Of a stretch of 64,000 nucleotides of DNA, positions 47,861 to 57,784 are shown piece by piece (the first letter of the stretch is position 1; each line of letters starts with the position of its first letter). Origin of the DNA: Candidatus Poribacteria bacterium (GTDB lineage Bacteria > Poribacteria > WGA-4E > WGA-3G); NCBI GenBank assembly GCA_965208635.1, contig OZ242349.1, forward strand, positions 3,852,272-3,916,271, in the 5' to 3' direction. The notes under the pieces were generated by a model. That model worked only from the letters and a program-made list of their open reading frames with translations. It did not search any database and was not told the origin of the DNA. Position numbers and translations under genes: made by a program.

Positions 47861-49006
47861 ATGACGTATCAACCCCTTGCTGAAGTACGAAAAACGCTCT
47901 ATGTAAAATGGTATCGGAGCAAAATAGACCGCTCGACCTTACGGAATCTATCAAAACGGAGTGACGTGCAAGGTTGGTTTCAGGCGGGTGGGCATCTTGC
48001 CCTCTGGCTATTGACGGGTAGCGTGCTCTATCTCTTCTGGTCGCAAGCGATGTGGCTCGGCTTTTTCATTGCCTTATTTTTCCATGGCACAGTCGCCAGT
48101 TTTTTCAAAGGGACAGCCAATCACGAGTTGGGACACGGCACCGTATTTCGTACCAAGTGGCTGAACAAATTTTTTCTTTATCTGTTTAGCCTCATCAGTT
48201 GGTGGGATCATTTTGACTACGCCAGTAGCCACACCTATCATCATCGCTACACCTTGTATCCCGAAGGCGATCGCGAAAACCTTCTCCCGCTTGAACCAAA
48301 GTTGGGTTCCTTCTTTGTTCTCCAACTCTTTACCATAAATTTGCTCACGCAACCCGGTCGTACCTTTAGCAAAGGCGGTCTTATTGCCGCGGTTGTCTGT
48401 ACCATCCGTAGTGCTTTCGGCAAAGAAGGACCGCCGGACGTCCCGAGTCAGGAGTGGCTGGCATCATTACATACCGACCAACCCGCAGAACACAAAAATT
48501 CTATTTGGTGGTCTCGGATTCTACTCCTTTTTCACGGTGCGCTGCTTGTCGTTTCGCTCGCTACAGGCTATTGGGTTTTTCCGCTTATGATCACTGCCAG
48601 CGCATTTATCGCAAACTGGGGATCTTATGCTGTTTCTCTGCCCCAACATTGTGGTTTAAAGGAAAATGATCCTGACTTCCGTAAGTGCACACGGTCAGTC
48701 AAACTCAACCCCTTGGCAGAATTTTTGTATTGGCGAATGAATTGGCACACTGAGCATCACATGTTTGCAGGTGTACCCTGCTACAATTTGAGGAAATTGC
48801 ATCATCTAATTGCAGAAGATATGCCTGAACCGCGCACACTTTTAGGGGCTTGGCGAGAAATGCGCGAAACTTGGCGACGGCAGAAAACTGAGCCTGACTA
48901 CTTTTTTGATACGCCGCTTCCGTCAACGGCTAAGCATATACCCGCCGAAGCATCCGATATTCTGGAAAGTTCCATTGGGGAATTGGCTCCTAAAGGATTG
49001 GAATGA
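47861..49006 (+). CDS. membrane fatty-acid-desaturase-family protein
   Basis: His boxes 'HELGHGT', 'HTYHHRY' and 'HTEHHMF' with TM helices. 381 aa. Confidence 0.65.
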   Translation: MTYQPLAEVRKTLYVKWYRSKIDRSTLRNLSKRSDVQGWFQAGGHLALWLLTGSVLYLFWSQAMWLGFFIALFFHGTVASFFKGTANHELGHGTVFRTKWLNKFFLYLFSLISWWDHFDYASSHTYHHRYTLYPEGDRENLLPLEPKLGSFFVLQLFTINLLTQPGRTFSKGGLIAAVVCTIRSAFGKEGPPDVPSQEWLASLHTDQPAEHKNSIWWSRILLLFHGALLVVSLATGYWVFPLMITASAFIANWGSYAVSLPQHCGLKENDPDFRKCTRSVKLNPLAEFLYWRMNWHTEHHMFAGVPCYNLRKLHHLIAEDMPEPRTLLGAWREMRETWRRQKTEPDYFFDTPLPSTAKHIPAEASDILESSIGELAPKGLE

Positions 49007-49047
49007 GGTATCCAAAAAACGTGAGTTCGACAAAAAATAGGAGAGTC

Positions 49048-50082
49048 TTATCTTCTCGGTGGTTTAATCATCAGATTTTCAATGATACGTACGAACTCGC
49101 TATCTGACAACCGAACTTCCAGATAAGATCGAAAACCGTCCTTCATCTCCCACGCATATCCATTCGATAACCTGCCTGTGCCATCCGTAACTTCGGTGAA
49201 ATAGTCGCTGAGACCGCGCACCCCGTATAAAACCGCAATCTGGTCCCAACTGGAGCGATCCTTGTATTGTCCGTTGAACCTTCGATAGTACGCTTCCCGT
49301 ACCGGATTTTCAGCGGATGTCTCTGCGAGTCTCGCGCCGGTATGGACGGACTCTCCATGCTGACTGATAACGAGCGGCGTGGGCCAATTGTGGATAACAT
49401 ACTCAGACTTATCAATTAGATCGTGGCGAACCGTATTATAAGGATCGTCGATAAGTAACGCCATCACCACGAGTTCGGTAACCTTTTGAGCAACGAGGTT
49501 CGGCTCTGCTTTCAGGAGATCATACAGATTGTTGAGAAACCCAACGCTGATGATTGTCACCGAGTTGTCCGGTTGTTCACTCAGCACTTGTCGATAAAGT
49601 TCCAAGGAACTGGGTGTTGGCGTGGTGGGAAGATCGTGTGAGAAATTAGCCGCGATGCCATCTAAATAACTCGATTCATCGGGATCAACAAGGTTGTCCT
49701 TATAGATACCAATAGGAATATCACCGCGGTTATACCATGTATTTATCGCACAAATGGTGCCAGCACCGCTCGGGTGTGCTTCGTTGTAGCTGATCGCGAG
49801 GATTTCTACCTCTCCGTTATCTGCGAGCGCATGCAGCACAGCAAGCGCGCCAACATCATCTACGTCGGTACACATATCGGTCTCAAATATTACTTTCTTC
49901 GGATTCATTTTCTCAGTACCTTCTGCCAGCAAATCGGATGGTGTTACTGCCATAATAAAAAGTGTCAATATTGTCACAAAAGACGAAGTTTCCAAACTCC
50001 GCTCTGAAGAAAAAAAGAAAAAAAGAATACTGCCTTTACGTCTTTCCACTCTCAGCACCTCCAAAAAAAGCCTCTTTCGCAC
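49048..50082 (-). CDS. inosine-uridine-preferring nucleoside hydrolase family protein
   Basis: 'KKVIFETDMCTDVDDVGALAVLHALADNGEVEILAI' (DxDxxxDD variant). The N-terminal 58 aa are probably not translated, with likely starts at 49953 or 49908. Confidence 0.6.
   Translation of the reverse strand: MRKRLFLEVLRVERRKGSILFFFFSSERSLETSSFVTILTLFIMAVTPSDLLAEGTEKMNPKKVIFETDMCTDVDDVGALAVLHALADNGEVEILAISYNEAHPSGAGTICAINTWYNRGDIPIGIYKDNLVDPDESSYLDGIAANFSHDLPTTPTPSSLELYRQVLSEQPDNSVTIISVGFLNNLYDLLKAEPNLVAQKVTELVVMALLIDDPYNTVRHDLIDKSEYVIHNWPTPLVISQHGESVHTGARLAETSAENPVREAYYRRFNGQYKDRSSWDQIAVLYGVRGLSDYFTEVTDGTGRLSNGYAWEMKDGFRSYLEVRLSDSEFVRIIENLMIKPPRR
49962..49977. promoter_or_regulatory. near-palindrome GTGTCAATATTGTCAC at the nucleoside-hydrolase start
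   Basis: 14 of 16 positions are dyad-symmetric. Candidate operator. Confidence 0.25.
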
Positions 50083-50285
50083 TGAGATGCCGCTATTTGT
50101 GCTTCAAACGCGGTGTAGTCTTTCCGATTGCCAGTAATGGTGTCATATCCTTCTGGAATATCAGCCCCAGTCTGTCCGCGGTTGTAGAGCGTCACAGCGT
50201 CGCCACGCGCAATAAGGGCACGAGTAATCGCCGTGCTAATCAACCCTGTACCACCAATAATCAAAACCCGCATGAATATCTCCAA
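50052..50285 (-). pseudogene. N-terminal remnant of an NAD-dependent epimerase/dehydratase (truncated after ~65 aa)
   Basis: 'MRVLIIGGTGLISTAITRALIARGDAVTLYNRGQ' is a canonical Rossmann N-terminus. The frame degenerates and stops at 77 aa. It overlaps the neighbouring gene. Confidence 0.5.
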
Positions 50286-50445
50286 CCCGTTTGAGAATAA
50301 AATTTCTTTCTATGGCTCAGTATACTTGGAAATATGGCGAATGTCAATCCGAAAATCGTCTTCAGGACTTGCAAAATCATTGCGGGGTGCTATAATGTTA
50401 TTTTTAAAAAAGAAATTCGCGACAACGCGTCCAGAGGAGGAACAC

Positions 50446-53262
50446 ATGCGTATTATTACAATAGCCATATTGTTTCTTGTACTGATCAGTGGGTGTGGCA
50501 TAAAATCAGTCCAGCAGCCCGCGCCTGTCGAAGCTGAAGTCATTAGAAAAGCCGATTGGGAGGTAGAATTCAGAGATGTCCTTTTTCTCGATGCAAAGCA
50601 TGGCTGGGTCATCGGGGAGAAGGGGACAATCCTCTACACAGAAGACGGTGGTAAAAACTGGAAAACGCAGAAAAGCGACACCGACGCGCGTCTGAACAAG
50701 ATGCAGTTCATAAATGAAAAACGGGGTTGGATCGTCGGAAACGAAGGGACCTTCTTACGAACAGAAAACGGCGGCAAAAAATGGCAGAAACAGGTCGTTA
50801 CAGACAGCAGCCTTATCAGTCTCCACTTCTTAAACGAGGATCGCGGATGGATAACTGGGGAAGGTGGCGCACTCTACTACACAGAAGACAGCGGAAAATC
50901 ATGGAAATTCCGTTCCAGCGGTGTTGGCGAAGCACTCCTCGGTATCCACTTTGTTAGTGAAAACGAAGGATGGTTGATTGCACAACTCGGCACGACATTG
51001 CACACGACCGACGGCGGTCAAACATGGGATTTTGAAACAGTAGCCCCTGAGCATAGTCTGCTTAATATACATTTTGATAACGACCAGAAGACAGGTTGGG
51101 CTGTCGGAATCGGCGCGACCTTTCTCTCAACGACTGACGGTGGGAAAACCTGGACCCGCGGGGAACCCGGCATCGAGGACGCACACGCTATCTATGACCT
51201 CTGCTTCACGGATACGAAAAGGGGATGGTTGGCAGCACAAACCGGTGAAGTACTCCACACACAAGACGGTGGACAGACATGGACGGTGCACCAGACAGGC
51301 ACACGTAGCGATCTGTTGGCTATACATTCTCCTGACGCGAAACATATCTGGGCAGTTGGTAGCTACGGAACGATGCTGCATTCTACCGATGGTGGAAAGA
51401 CGTGGATAATTGATGCCGAAAGTAATGCCGAACCTTTAGCGGGTGTCGAAATGGCGGATAGCGGACGCGGCTGGGCTGTTGGTCGTCGCGGCGCAATCTA
51501 CCGGACCGAGGATGAAGGGCGCTCTTGGGAACGGCAGGAGAGTGGTCTCTCTGTCGGCTTAAATAAGGTGACCGCTGTGAACGAAGAAGAGGCGTGGGCA
51601 ATCGGCGATTCAGGCTATATTCTACATACTAAGGACGGAGAGACATGGGAAGTTCAAAAAGGATACGACTGGATCGGGCTACACGATGTGCAGTTCCTAA
51701 ATCGTGAACGGGGTTGGGCTGTTGGTGATATGGGCGGCATCTTCTACACCAACAACGGCGGCGAAAACTGGATTGAGCAACGCGGTTATATCTTTGAACT
51801 CTTAAAGGGTCTCTGCTTTGTGGCACCAAACGAGGGATGGACGATCGGCTGGCCCGGCAAAATCCTGCATACCGTCGATGGCGGGAAGACTTGGGAACCC
51901 CAAGAGAGTGGGACATTTAACGAACTCTACTCGATCTATTTCATAGACACCCAACTCGGTTGGATCTCTGGGCAATACGGGCTTATCCTCCATACCACTG
52001 ACGGTGGTAAAACATGGAAGTCTCAATATACTCGCACACGGGCGAATCTCAACAAAATATTCTTCGCTTCTCGCACGGTAGGGATAGCAGTCGGTGACCA
52101 AGGAATACTCCTACTCACGCAGGATGGAGGTAAGACATGGACACGGGAAGACAGTGGAACGGACAAAAACCTGAGCGACATTAGCGTCACGGAAGACAAG
52201 ATATTTGCGGTTGGAGAAGACGGTATCGCTGTCGCGTATACCATTCCCTCAATATCAAAATATACACCGCGCAAACGGTTCTTTGAGGAGACGGAACTTG
52301 AGTTGCCGAAGAAAGATGCCGGATGGGACATCTTACATACCGACGGTCCCTTCCGAATAATGGGCGCGGATACCGGCGTAAAATCATCGGATATTTCCTT
52401 TATCAACGCCACCGAAGGATGGGCAGTCGGTAATTCCAGGACGATGCTCCACACCTTAGACGGGGGCAACACTTGGAAGAGTATCGAATCTCCTGTTGAC
52501 ACGCCTCTGATTGCCGTTCACTTTGTTTCTTCAAAAATCGGTTGGGTACTAACCCAAGACGCGAGTTTCCTATCCACAACCGATGGTGGCAAAACATGGC
52601 AGATTCTGAACGAAACGACAAAACCAGTGGTAAATGCCTACGACCAAGAGAGGCGTCCCATGGAAGAGCCGTGTGAACTTTACACCGCACATTTTCAAGG
52701 CTTCGGTGAAGGGTGGGCTGCTGGTAAAGAAGGTGTTATCCTGCACAACAAGGATGGAAATACAATCTGGAGACATCAAGAAAACGAGACCTCGGCATCC
52801 TATCGCGACATCCAGATGGTGGAAGATCATTACGGTTGGGCTGTCGGATCGTGGGGAAAGGTGCTCTGGACGAATGATCAAGGTGATACGTGGCATCTTC
52901 AAACGACCAATACAGGATACGATCTGTATGGTGTATCTTTCCTGAACCGCAGAAAAGGGTGGACTGTCGGGAGAGACGGCATCGTCCTCCGCACGTCAGA
53001 CGGTGGCCTAGCATGGTCAGCAGTCAACACAGGGATAAGCGCACACCTCTATGGTGTCTCCTTCATCAACGAAATGGAAGGCTGGATCGTCGGAGAAGGT
53101 GGACTCATCTTGCATACCAAGGATCGTGGCGCAACGTGGGTAATCGAGGCATCCGGTACCGACGAAGATTTGTACCATGTTGACCATGTCGAAGGACTTG
53201 GTATAGTTGTGCTCGGGGCACACGGCACTATCCTCAAGCGAAAGATAGAGACGCAATCTTAG
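50446..53262 (+). CDS. lipoprotein with ~19 BNR/Ycf48-like propeller repeats
   Basis: RBS 'gaggagg', lipobox 'LISGCG'. Repeated 'T(E/T)DGGK(T/N)W' motifs about every 45 aa. 938 aa from this start. The ORF track's 5' extension is spurious. Confidence 0.7.
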   Translation: MRIITIAILFLVLISGCGIKSVQQPAPVEAEVIRKADWEVEFRDVLFLDAKHGWVIGEKGTILYTEDGGKNWKTQKSDTDARLNKMQFINEKRGWIVGNEGTFLRTENGGKKWQKQVVTDSSLISLHFLNEDRGWITGEGGALYYTEDSGKSWKFRSSGVGEALLGIHFVSENEGWLIAQLGTTLHTTDGGQTWDFETVAPEHSLLNIHFDNDQKTGWAVGIGATFLSTTDGGKTWTRGEPGIEDAHAIYDLCFTDTKRGWLAAQTGEVLHTQDGGQTWTVHQTGTRSDLLAIHSPDAKHIWAVGSYGTMLHSTDGGKTWIIDAESNAEPLAGVEMADSGRGWAVGRRGAIYRTEDEGRSWERQESGLSVGLNKVTAVNEEEAWAIGDSGYILHTKDGETWEVQKGYDWIGLHDVQFLNRERGWAVGDMGGIFYTNNGGENWIEQRGYIFELLKGLCFVAPNEGWTIGWPGKILHTVDGGKTWEPQESGTFNELYSIYFIDTQLGWISGQYGLILHTTDGGKTWKSQYTRTRANLNKIFFASRTVGIAVGDQGILLLTQDGGKTWTREDSGTDKNLSDISVTEDKIFAVGEDGIAVAYTIPSISKYTPRKRFFEETELELPKKDAGWDILHTDGPFRIMGADTGVKSSDISFINATEGWAVGNSRTMLHTLDGGNTWKSIESPVDTPLIAVHFVSSKIGWVLTQDASFLSTTDGGKTWQILNETTKPVVNAYDQERRPMEEPCELYTAHFQGFGEGWAAGKEGVILHNKDGNTIWRHQENETSASYRDIQMVEDHYGWAVGSWGKVLWTNDQGDTWHLQTTNTGYDLYGVSFLNRRKGWTVGRDGIVLRTSDGGLAWSAVNTGISAHLYGVSFINEMEGWIVGEGGLILHTKDRGATWVIEASGTDEDLYHVDHVEGLGIVVLGAHGTILKRKIETQS

Positions 53263-53517
53263 ATTCGATCAGGAGAAATTTTATAAATAGTTCCATAGAA
53301 CCCAAAATGTAGACTGGATTTCCCACCGCAGTACCTTCCTCAGTTTTGAACAAAACTGTCCATAAATTGAACACTGAAAAACACTCCATCGGATAGAATC
53401 GCCAGAAAGCCATCTGGAAACCCGATTTTTCACCCGAATTGCCTTTGGCATGAAAATTGCTCCTATATTATCAAACGCTGCATAAACATGGGAGAGCCTA
53501 CCTCCTTGGAAATATAC

Positions 53518-53560
53518 GGAGCGATGCAATAGGCTTTCCCCTCAATTGCTGCATCGCTCC
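53518..53560 (+). promoter_or_regulatory. imperfect 13-bp-stem hairpin or dyad in the 5' region of the 53600 gene
   Basis: 'ggagcgatgcaat-aggctttcccctca-attgc(tg)catcgctcc', 40 nt upstream of the start codon. Confidence 0.3.
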
Positions 53561-53599
53561 CTCTATCACTCCGAAACACTGTGTGTAAGGAGAACAATC

Positions 53600-53992
53600 A
53601 TGAACAGATGGAGATGCTTACTCTTTATACTTGCTTGTTTAGCACAGATGGGGTGTACGGCACTTCTAACCGAGCAGGAGTATGTCCTCATCGATCGCGA
53701 TGTAGAAGAAAAGGCGACTTTCCACGGAGCCATTTATTCGCTTCCAGAAAGGGTGAACGTGCGGAAAATTGTGCTGCTTGGCTCTGGCAAAATCCGAAAC
53801 ATTGAAATTCACGTGCGCAATAAGAGAAATCAATGGAAACCCGCCAAGAAAGTACCGGGAGGAATTCAGTTTCCGTATGAAACCCCACTGATCGCCAAAA
53901 CGGACGCTATCAAAATAATAAAACACGCAATGACTGGCGCAGGTCGAATTGAGACGATTCAATTTTACACGGTTGCGGATAAAGGAGATTAA
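53600..53992 (+). CDS. small lipoprotein, hypothetical
   Basis: SD 'aaggag', signal peptide with lipobox 'LAQMGC'. 131 aa. 2-nt gap to the next gene. Confidence 0.55.
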   Translation: MNRWRCLLFILACLAQMGCTALLTEQEYVLIDRDVEEKATFHGAIYSLPERVNVRKIVLLGSGKIRNIEIHVRNKRNQWKPAKKVPGGIQFPYETPLIAKTDAIKIIKHAMTGAGRIETIQFYTVADKGD

Positions 53993-53994
53993 AA

Positions 53995-54777
53995 ATGATA
54001 CACCGACACATCCTCACATCCCTTTTTCTAATAATATTCATTCCATTGATTGCTACAGCATTGCCGCCACGTTCACCCGCGGGCGGTGGTATGTTGAGAT
54101 TGGATGAAACGCACGATTTCGTTGCAACCACCGACGCGTGGTTTCCTGACGAGCAGTTTAAAGGATTGACCGCCGAAGCATGGGTCTATTTTGAAGAACC
54201 ACCCGCCCATGACACCTTCTGGTCAATTATAGGGCAGGAAGGACGATTCAATTTGGTTATTCACGGCAACGACGCCGCATTAGGCGCGTGGGGCTACGCC
54301 GAAGGGGCAGCTGGATCACTGACTGTTGGAGGTTTCTTATTACCTAAAAAGAAATGGATACACGTTGCAGCAATTTACGATGCAGGGGCAGGAATGGGAT
54401 TTAACGGGAAAGGCGGCAATTGGTGCTGCCCGAGAGGACACCTCATTAAATCAGATGAGCCACTCCGTATTGGCGGAATTATCTTCCAAGATCCAGAGCG
54501 GAGCCGTTTCGTGGGGGATAATGTGAAATTACGTGGATACATCGATGAAGTGCGGATTTCCAATGTCGTGCGATACGTTAGACCGGAGTGGGAAGTCCCA
54601 AAAGGGAAATTCGAGGTCGATGAACATACCATTTCACTCTGGCATTTCGATGAAGCACCGGGGATCAATCGCTTTGAAGATACATCTGGAAATGAATATC
54701 ACTTCTGGAGAAGCGGTGTTTGGGCAGTCGAAGCACAAGGAAAACTCACAACCACATGGGGACAACTTAAGAAATGA
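53995..54777 (+). CDS. secreted concanavalin/LamG-like (Laminin_G_3) domain protein
   Basis: Signal peptide. 'GYIDEVRISNVVRY' is typical of LamG-like jelly-roll proteins. 260 aa. Confidence 0.55.
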   Translation: MIHRHILTSLFLIIFIPLIATALPPRSPAGGGMLRLDETHDFVATTDAWFPDEQFKGLTAEAWVYFEEPPAHDTFWSIIGQEGRFNLVIHGNDAALGAWGYAEGAAGSLTVGGFLLPKKKWIHVAAIYDAGAGMGFNGKGGNWCCPRGHLIKSDEPLRIGGIIFQDPERSRFVGDNVKLRGYIDEVRISNVVRYVRPEWEVPKGKFEVDEHTISLWHFDEAPGINRFEDTSGNEYHFWRSGVWAVEAQGKLTTTWGQLKK

Positions 54778-54888
54778 ATTCTCTAAAGAGACTTCTATCA
54801 ACTGTTATACTCTGGCTTCTGATCGGCGGGTTACTGATCCTCAACATCAGCTGGTGAGAAGGGGTTATTATCTACAACTCTCCATCCT

Positions 54889-55000
54889 TTCACGCAGGCG
54901 ACTTCTCCTCAACCCGCAAAATGCTCATTCGGAAATGAGACAGTTTGACGGAGTTGTCCCGCCCCCGACTGATAAGCAAAAATCGCGTTTCAAATAGATA
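54889..55000 (+). repeat. ~105-bp intergenic repeat copy R1 (contains hairpin ctcatt-cgga-aatgag)
   Basis: About 80% identical to 57567-57675. Shared core 'cacgcaggcga...caacccgcaaaatgctcattcggaaatgag..gtttga.gg...cgactgataagcaaa'. Confidence 0.8.
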
Positions 55001-55243
55001 CCGTTCAACATCACGCCTCTGCACCATTTTGTGCGATTAGGTCCAAGGTATGCCCTATTTTGTGCAGTGCTTTTGGACATTTCGCTAAAAACCTCACCAG
55101 TATTGTATTTTTCAGATTGGCACGGAATTTGCCACAGTAAACGCACATACTTTGGGTGTTACGCTTAGAAGTCTTGAAGTTCAGCAATTTATCGTTCCTA
55201 ATCACTGATCCATCCTTATCGTCGCACACCCTGGAGGTTTCTC

Positions 55244-57556
55244 ATGAAAACCCGCATCACCCTTTCAAAACGAAGCTTTCAAGTTTATATTACAGTCATC
55301 AGTGTTATTTGCATCTCCTGCTCTGTTTTCGGGATGGAACCGATCGGCACAATTGGGCAACCCTTTCCAGAGCAACACGCGTTTCTCTCCAATGAAGCGA
55401 TTGTACGGGTTACCCCAGCACGCATTCAAATTATTGATACGTATACCGGTGCGGTTATAGATGAATTCGCCGAACGCGAGTATTTCAGCGATGTCGTGTT
55501 GAGTCCAGATGCCTCCCATTTAGCGATTCTTACACATGCACATGATGGAAAGCGTACGACTGTCAGTATCTGGGATGTTAATGCCCGCGAGCAAGTTAGC
55601 GAATGGAGAGTCGAATTCCGCATCTATGATGTCGCGGAGGTCGCGGCATTTAGCCCAACAGATCCGTTGTTCGTAATTCCTTCTGAGAATGCGATTCATC
55701 TCTGGAATTGGCAGACGGGTGAGTCCCTTGGAAGGATGACAGGCACACGGCGCCCATTGCAATCCTGTCATTTCTTCGAGGGCGGCAGCAGTTGTGAAGG
55801 CGATCCGCGTGATCGCACCGCGATTTTTAGTCCCGAGGGTCGCTATCTGATCATCGCCTCAATGCGTCCTGACATTGAACTCTGGAATATTGAGACGCGC
55901 CAATTAGAAGCACACTTTGAAGGACACACCGGAAACTGGGTTGAAAAGGTCGCTATCAGTCCCGATGGAAGATACATCGCGTCATTCGAGTCGAGCTCAG
56001 CTTCCGTTTACGTGTGGGATGTGGAATCGGGACAGTTACTCCGAAAAGTACAAAGCGGCATTGGAACGACTTCAGATCTGGTCTTCAGTCCGGACAGTCA
56101 ACACCTGTATGTTGCGACCGAGACGGCTGGACTGACGTGGATTGATCCCGGACCCTGGCAAGGCTGGGATGACCAGGTCCGCGTCTGGAATGTCAAATCG
56201 GGGCAACATATCGACACGTTTGGCAGTGAGTTCCGCGAATTGGAAGAAATAACGCTATCACCGAACGGGAAAATCGCGCTCCTGCACTATTGGGATGCTG
56301 TCGTGATATGGGATATAGAGAAAAAGCGACCCCTCAACGTCTGGACTGATTTCCTCAGAGATCGGTTCTATGATGCAGTGAAGTTGAGTCCTGATGGAAG
56401 AACCGTAGGCGCCACCTCTCGGTATTTTATTAAGACATGGGATGTCGCGTCCCAGCAAATGAAACGCATCGTTTCTGCAGAAGACGCCAAGTTTGAAGGG
56501 CTTGCAATCTCTCCAGACGGTCGGAAACTTGCTGTCCACAGGGATCGGTGGGTGGAGGTCCGCAATCTTCAGACGGGTAAGGTTGAACTCCAATTTCCGC
56601 AGCATATTGGGTGGCTTGAAGAAATTGTCTTCAGTGCCTCTGGAAGGTGGATTGCGACAGGGGGGCTGGGGCACTGGCAGCCTCTCTCCATTTTGGACAC
56701 CCAAAATCCGGAGAACCTCCAGAAACTTACGTTAAAAAATGGAAATGTATCGCTACATAATCATTACCAGATCGTCTTTAGTGAGAATGACGAGTATTTC
56801 GCTGCGTCCGGCAGAACGAAAGACAATCAAGATTGGATTCAATTATGGAAACGCGAGGGCGACACTTTCGTCTTTCAATATGGATGGCAGGTCCCAGACC
56901 TTCTTTATAGCCCAATTCCAACGCTCGCCTTTACCTCTCACACAGATGGTTCAACGGTGTTAGCAGCATCCGAAGAATCGGAACTCCACATCTGGAAACT
57001 CTTGTCAGACGGTCCCCAGCTTCTAACAACCTTGGATGGCTATTATCAGCCAGTGCACTTTAGTCCAGAGGGTCGCTATCTCTTTGCCCGTCGAGACGGT
57101 TCCACCCAGGTCTGGGAGTGGCAGACAGGAACACCGCTTGAGCATCCATCTATCCCAGTATATTTTGACATCAGTCGAGATGGATCCGTTCTGCTTTCGG
57201 AGGCAGTCAGCGGTCAAATCCATATCTGGGATGGCAACGCACTGTTACCTTCAGAACCTGTTGCCGTTGAGCCGGGAGGTAAACAGATTGTCATATTGGG
57301 AGCAGTGAAACGGAATCAGCTCCTACAAAACTTCCCGAACCCCTTTAACCCCGAAACCTGGATCCCGTTCCGACTCGCAAATGAAAGTCACGTCACGATC
57401 CACATTTATAATACTGCAGGTCAATTGGTGCGTCGCTTATCTCTGGGAACAATGCCTGCAGGTGACTATTCTTCACAGGCACAAGCCGTCTATTGGGATG
57501 GACGTAATCAAGTGGGAGAACCCGTGAGCAGCGGCGTCTATCTCCCCGCAATTTGA
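55244..57556 (+). CDS. secreted WD40/beta-propeller protein with C-terminal FlgD-Ig-like / T9SS-type sorting domain
   Basis: Signal peptide. Many 'W(D/N)' repeats. C-terminus 'FPNPFNPETWIPFRLANESHVTIHIYNTAGQLVRRLSLG..AGDY...WDGRNQVGEPVSSGVYL'. 770 aa. Confidence 0.65.
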   Translation: MKTRITLSKRSFQVYITVISVICISCSVFGMEPIGTIGQPFPEQHAFLSNEAIVRVTPARIQIIDTYTGAVIDEFAEREYFSDVVLSPDASHLAILTHAHDGKRTTVSIWDVNAREQVSEWRVEFRIYDVAEVAAFSPTDPLFVIPSENAIHLWNWQTGESLGRMTGTRRPLQSCHFFEGGSSCEGDPRDRTAIFSPEGRYLIIASMRPDIELWNIETRQLEAHFEGHTGNWVEKVAISPDGRYIASFESSSASVYVWDVESGQLLRKVQSGIGTTSDLVFSPDSQHLYVATETAGLTWIDPGPWQGWDDQVRVWNVKSGQHIDTFGSEFRELEEITLSPNGKIALLHYWDAVVIWDIEKKRPLNVWTDFLRDRFYDAVKLSPDGRTVGATSRYFIKTWDVASQQMKRIVSAEDAKFEGLAISPDGRKLAVHRDRWVEVRNLQTGKVELQFPQHIGWLEEIVFSASGRWIATGGLGHWQPLSILDTQNPENLQKLTLKNGNVSLHNHYQIVFSENDEYFAASGRTKDNQDWIQLWKREGDTFVFQYGWQVPDLLYSPIPTLAFTSHTDGSTVLAASEESELHIWKLLSDGPQLLTTLDGYYQPVHFSPEGRYLFARRDGSTQVWEWQTGTPLEHPSIPVYFDISRDGSVLLSEAVSGQIHIWDGNALLPSEPVAVEPGGKQIVILGAVKRNQLLQNFPNPFNPETWIPFRLANESHVTIHIYNTAGQLVRRLSLGTMPAGDYSSQAQAVYWDGRNQVGEPVSSGVYLPAI

Positions 57557-57566
57557 TTGTACACGA

Positions 57567-57675
57567 TTCACGCAGGCGATCCGCAACCCGCAAAATGCTC
57601 ATTCGGAAATGAGGCGGTTTGATGGCATCATAAATCTCTCGACTGATAAGCAAAGAAATACGCTTCAATTTGATT
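57567..57675 (+). repeat. ~105-bp intergenic repeat copy R2, bounded by an 11-bp direct repeat caatttgattg
   Basis: Homologous to 54889-55000. 'caatttgattg' occurs at 57550-57560 and 57666-57676. Confidence 0.8.
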
Positions 57676-57784
57676 GACAGGAGATGAGCGATTGTATTTG
57701 TAGGATGCATACATTTGAACAACTTCAGTTAATTCGTCCGTAAGGAGGAACACAAATAACACGTTAAAACGAGCAATTCACTTT

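Noticed and set aside
54533-54997. 154-aa plus-strand ORF after the LamG gene
   Set aside because: It overlaps repeat copy R1 and has no RBS or signal. It is most likely non-coding spacer.
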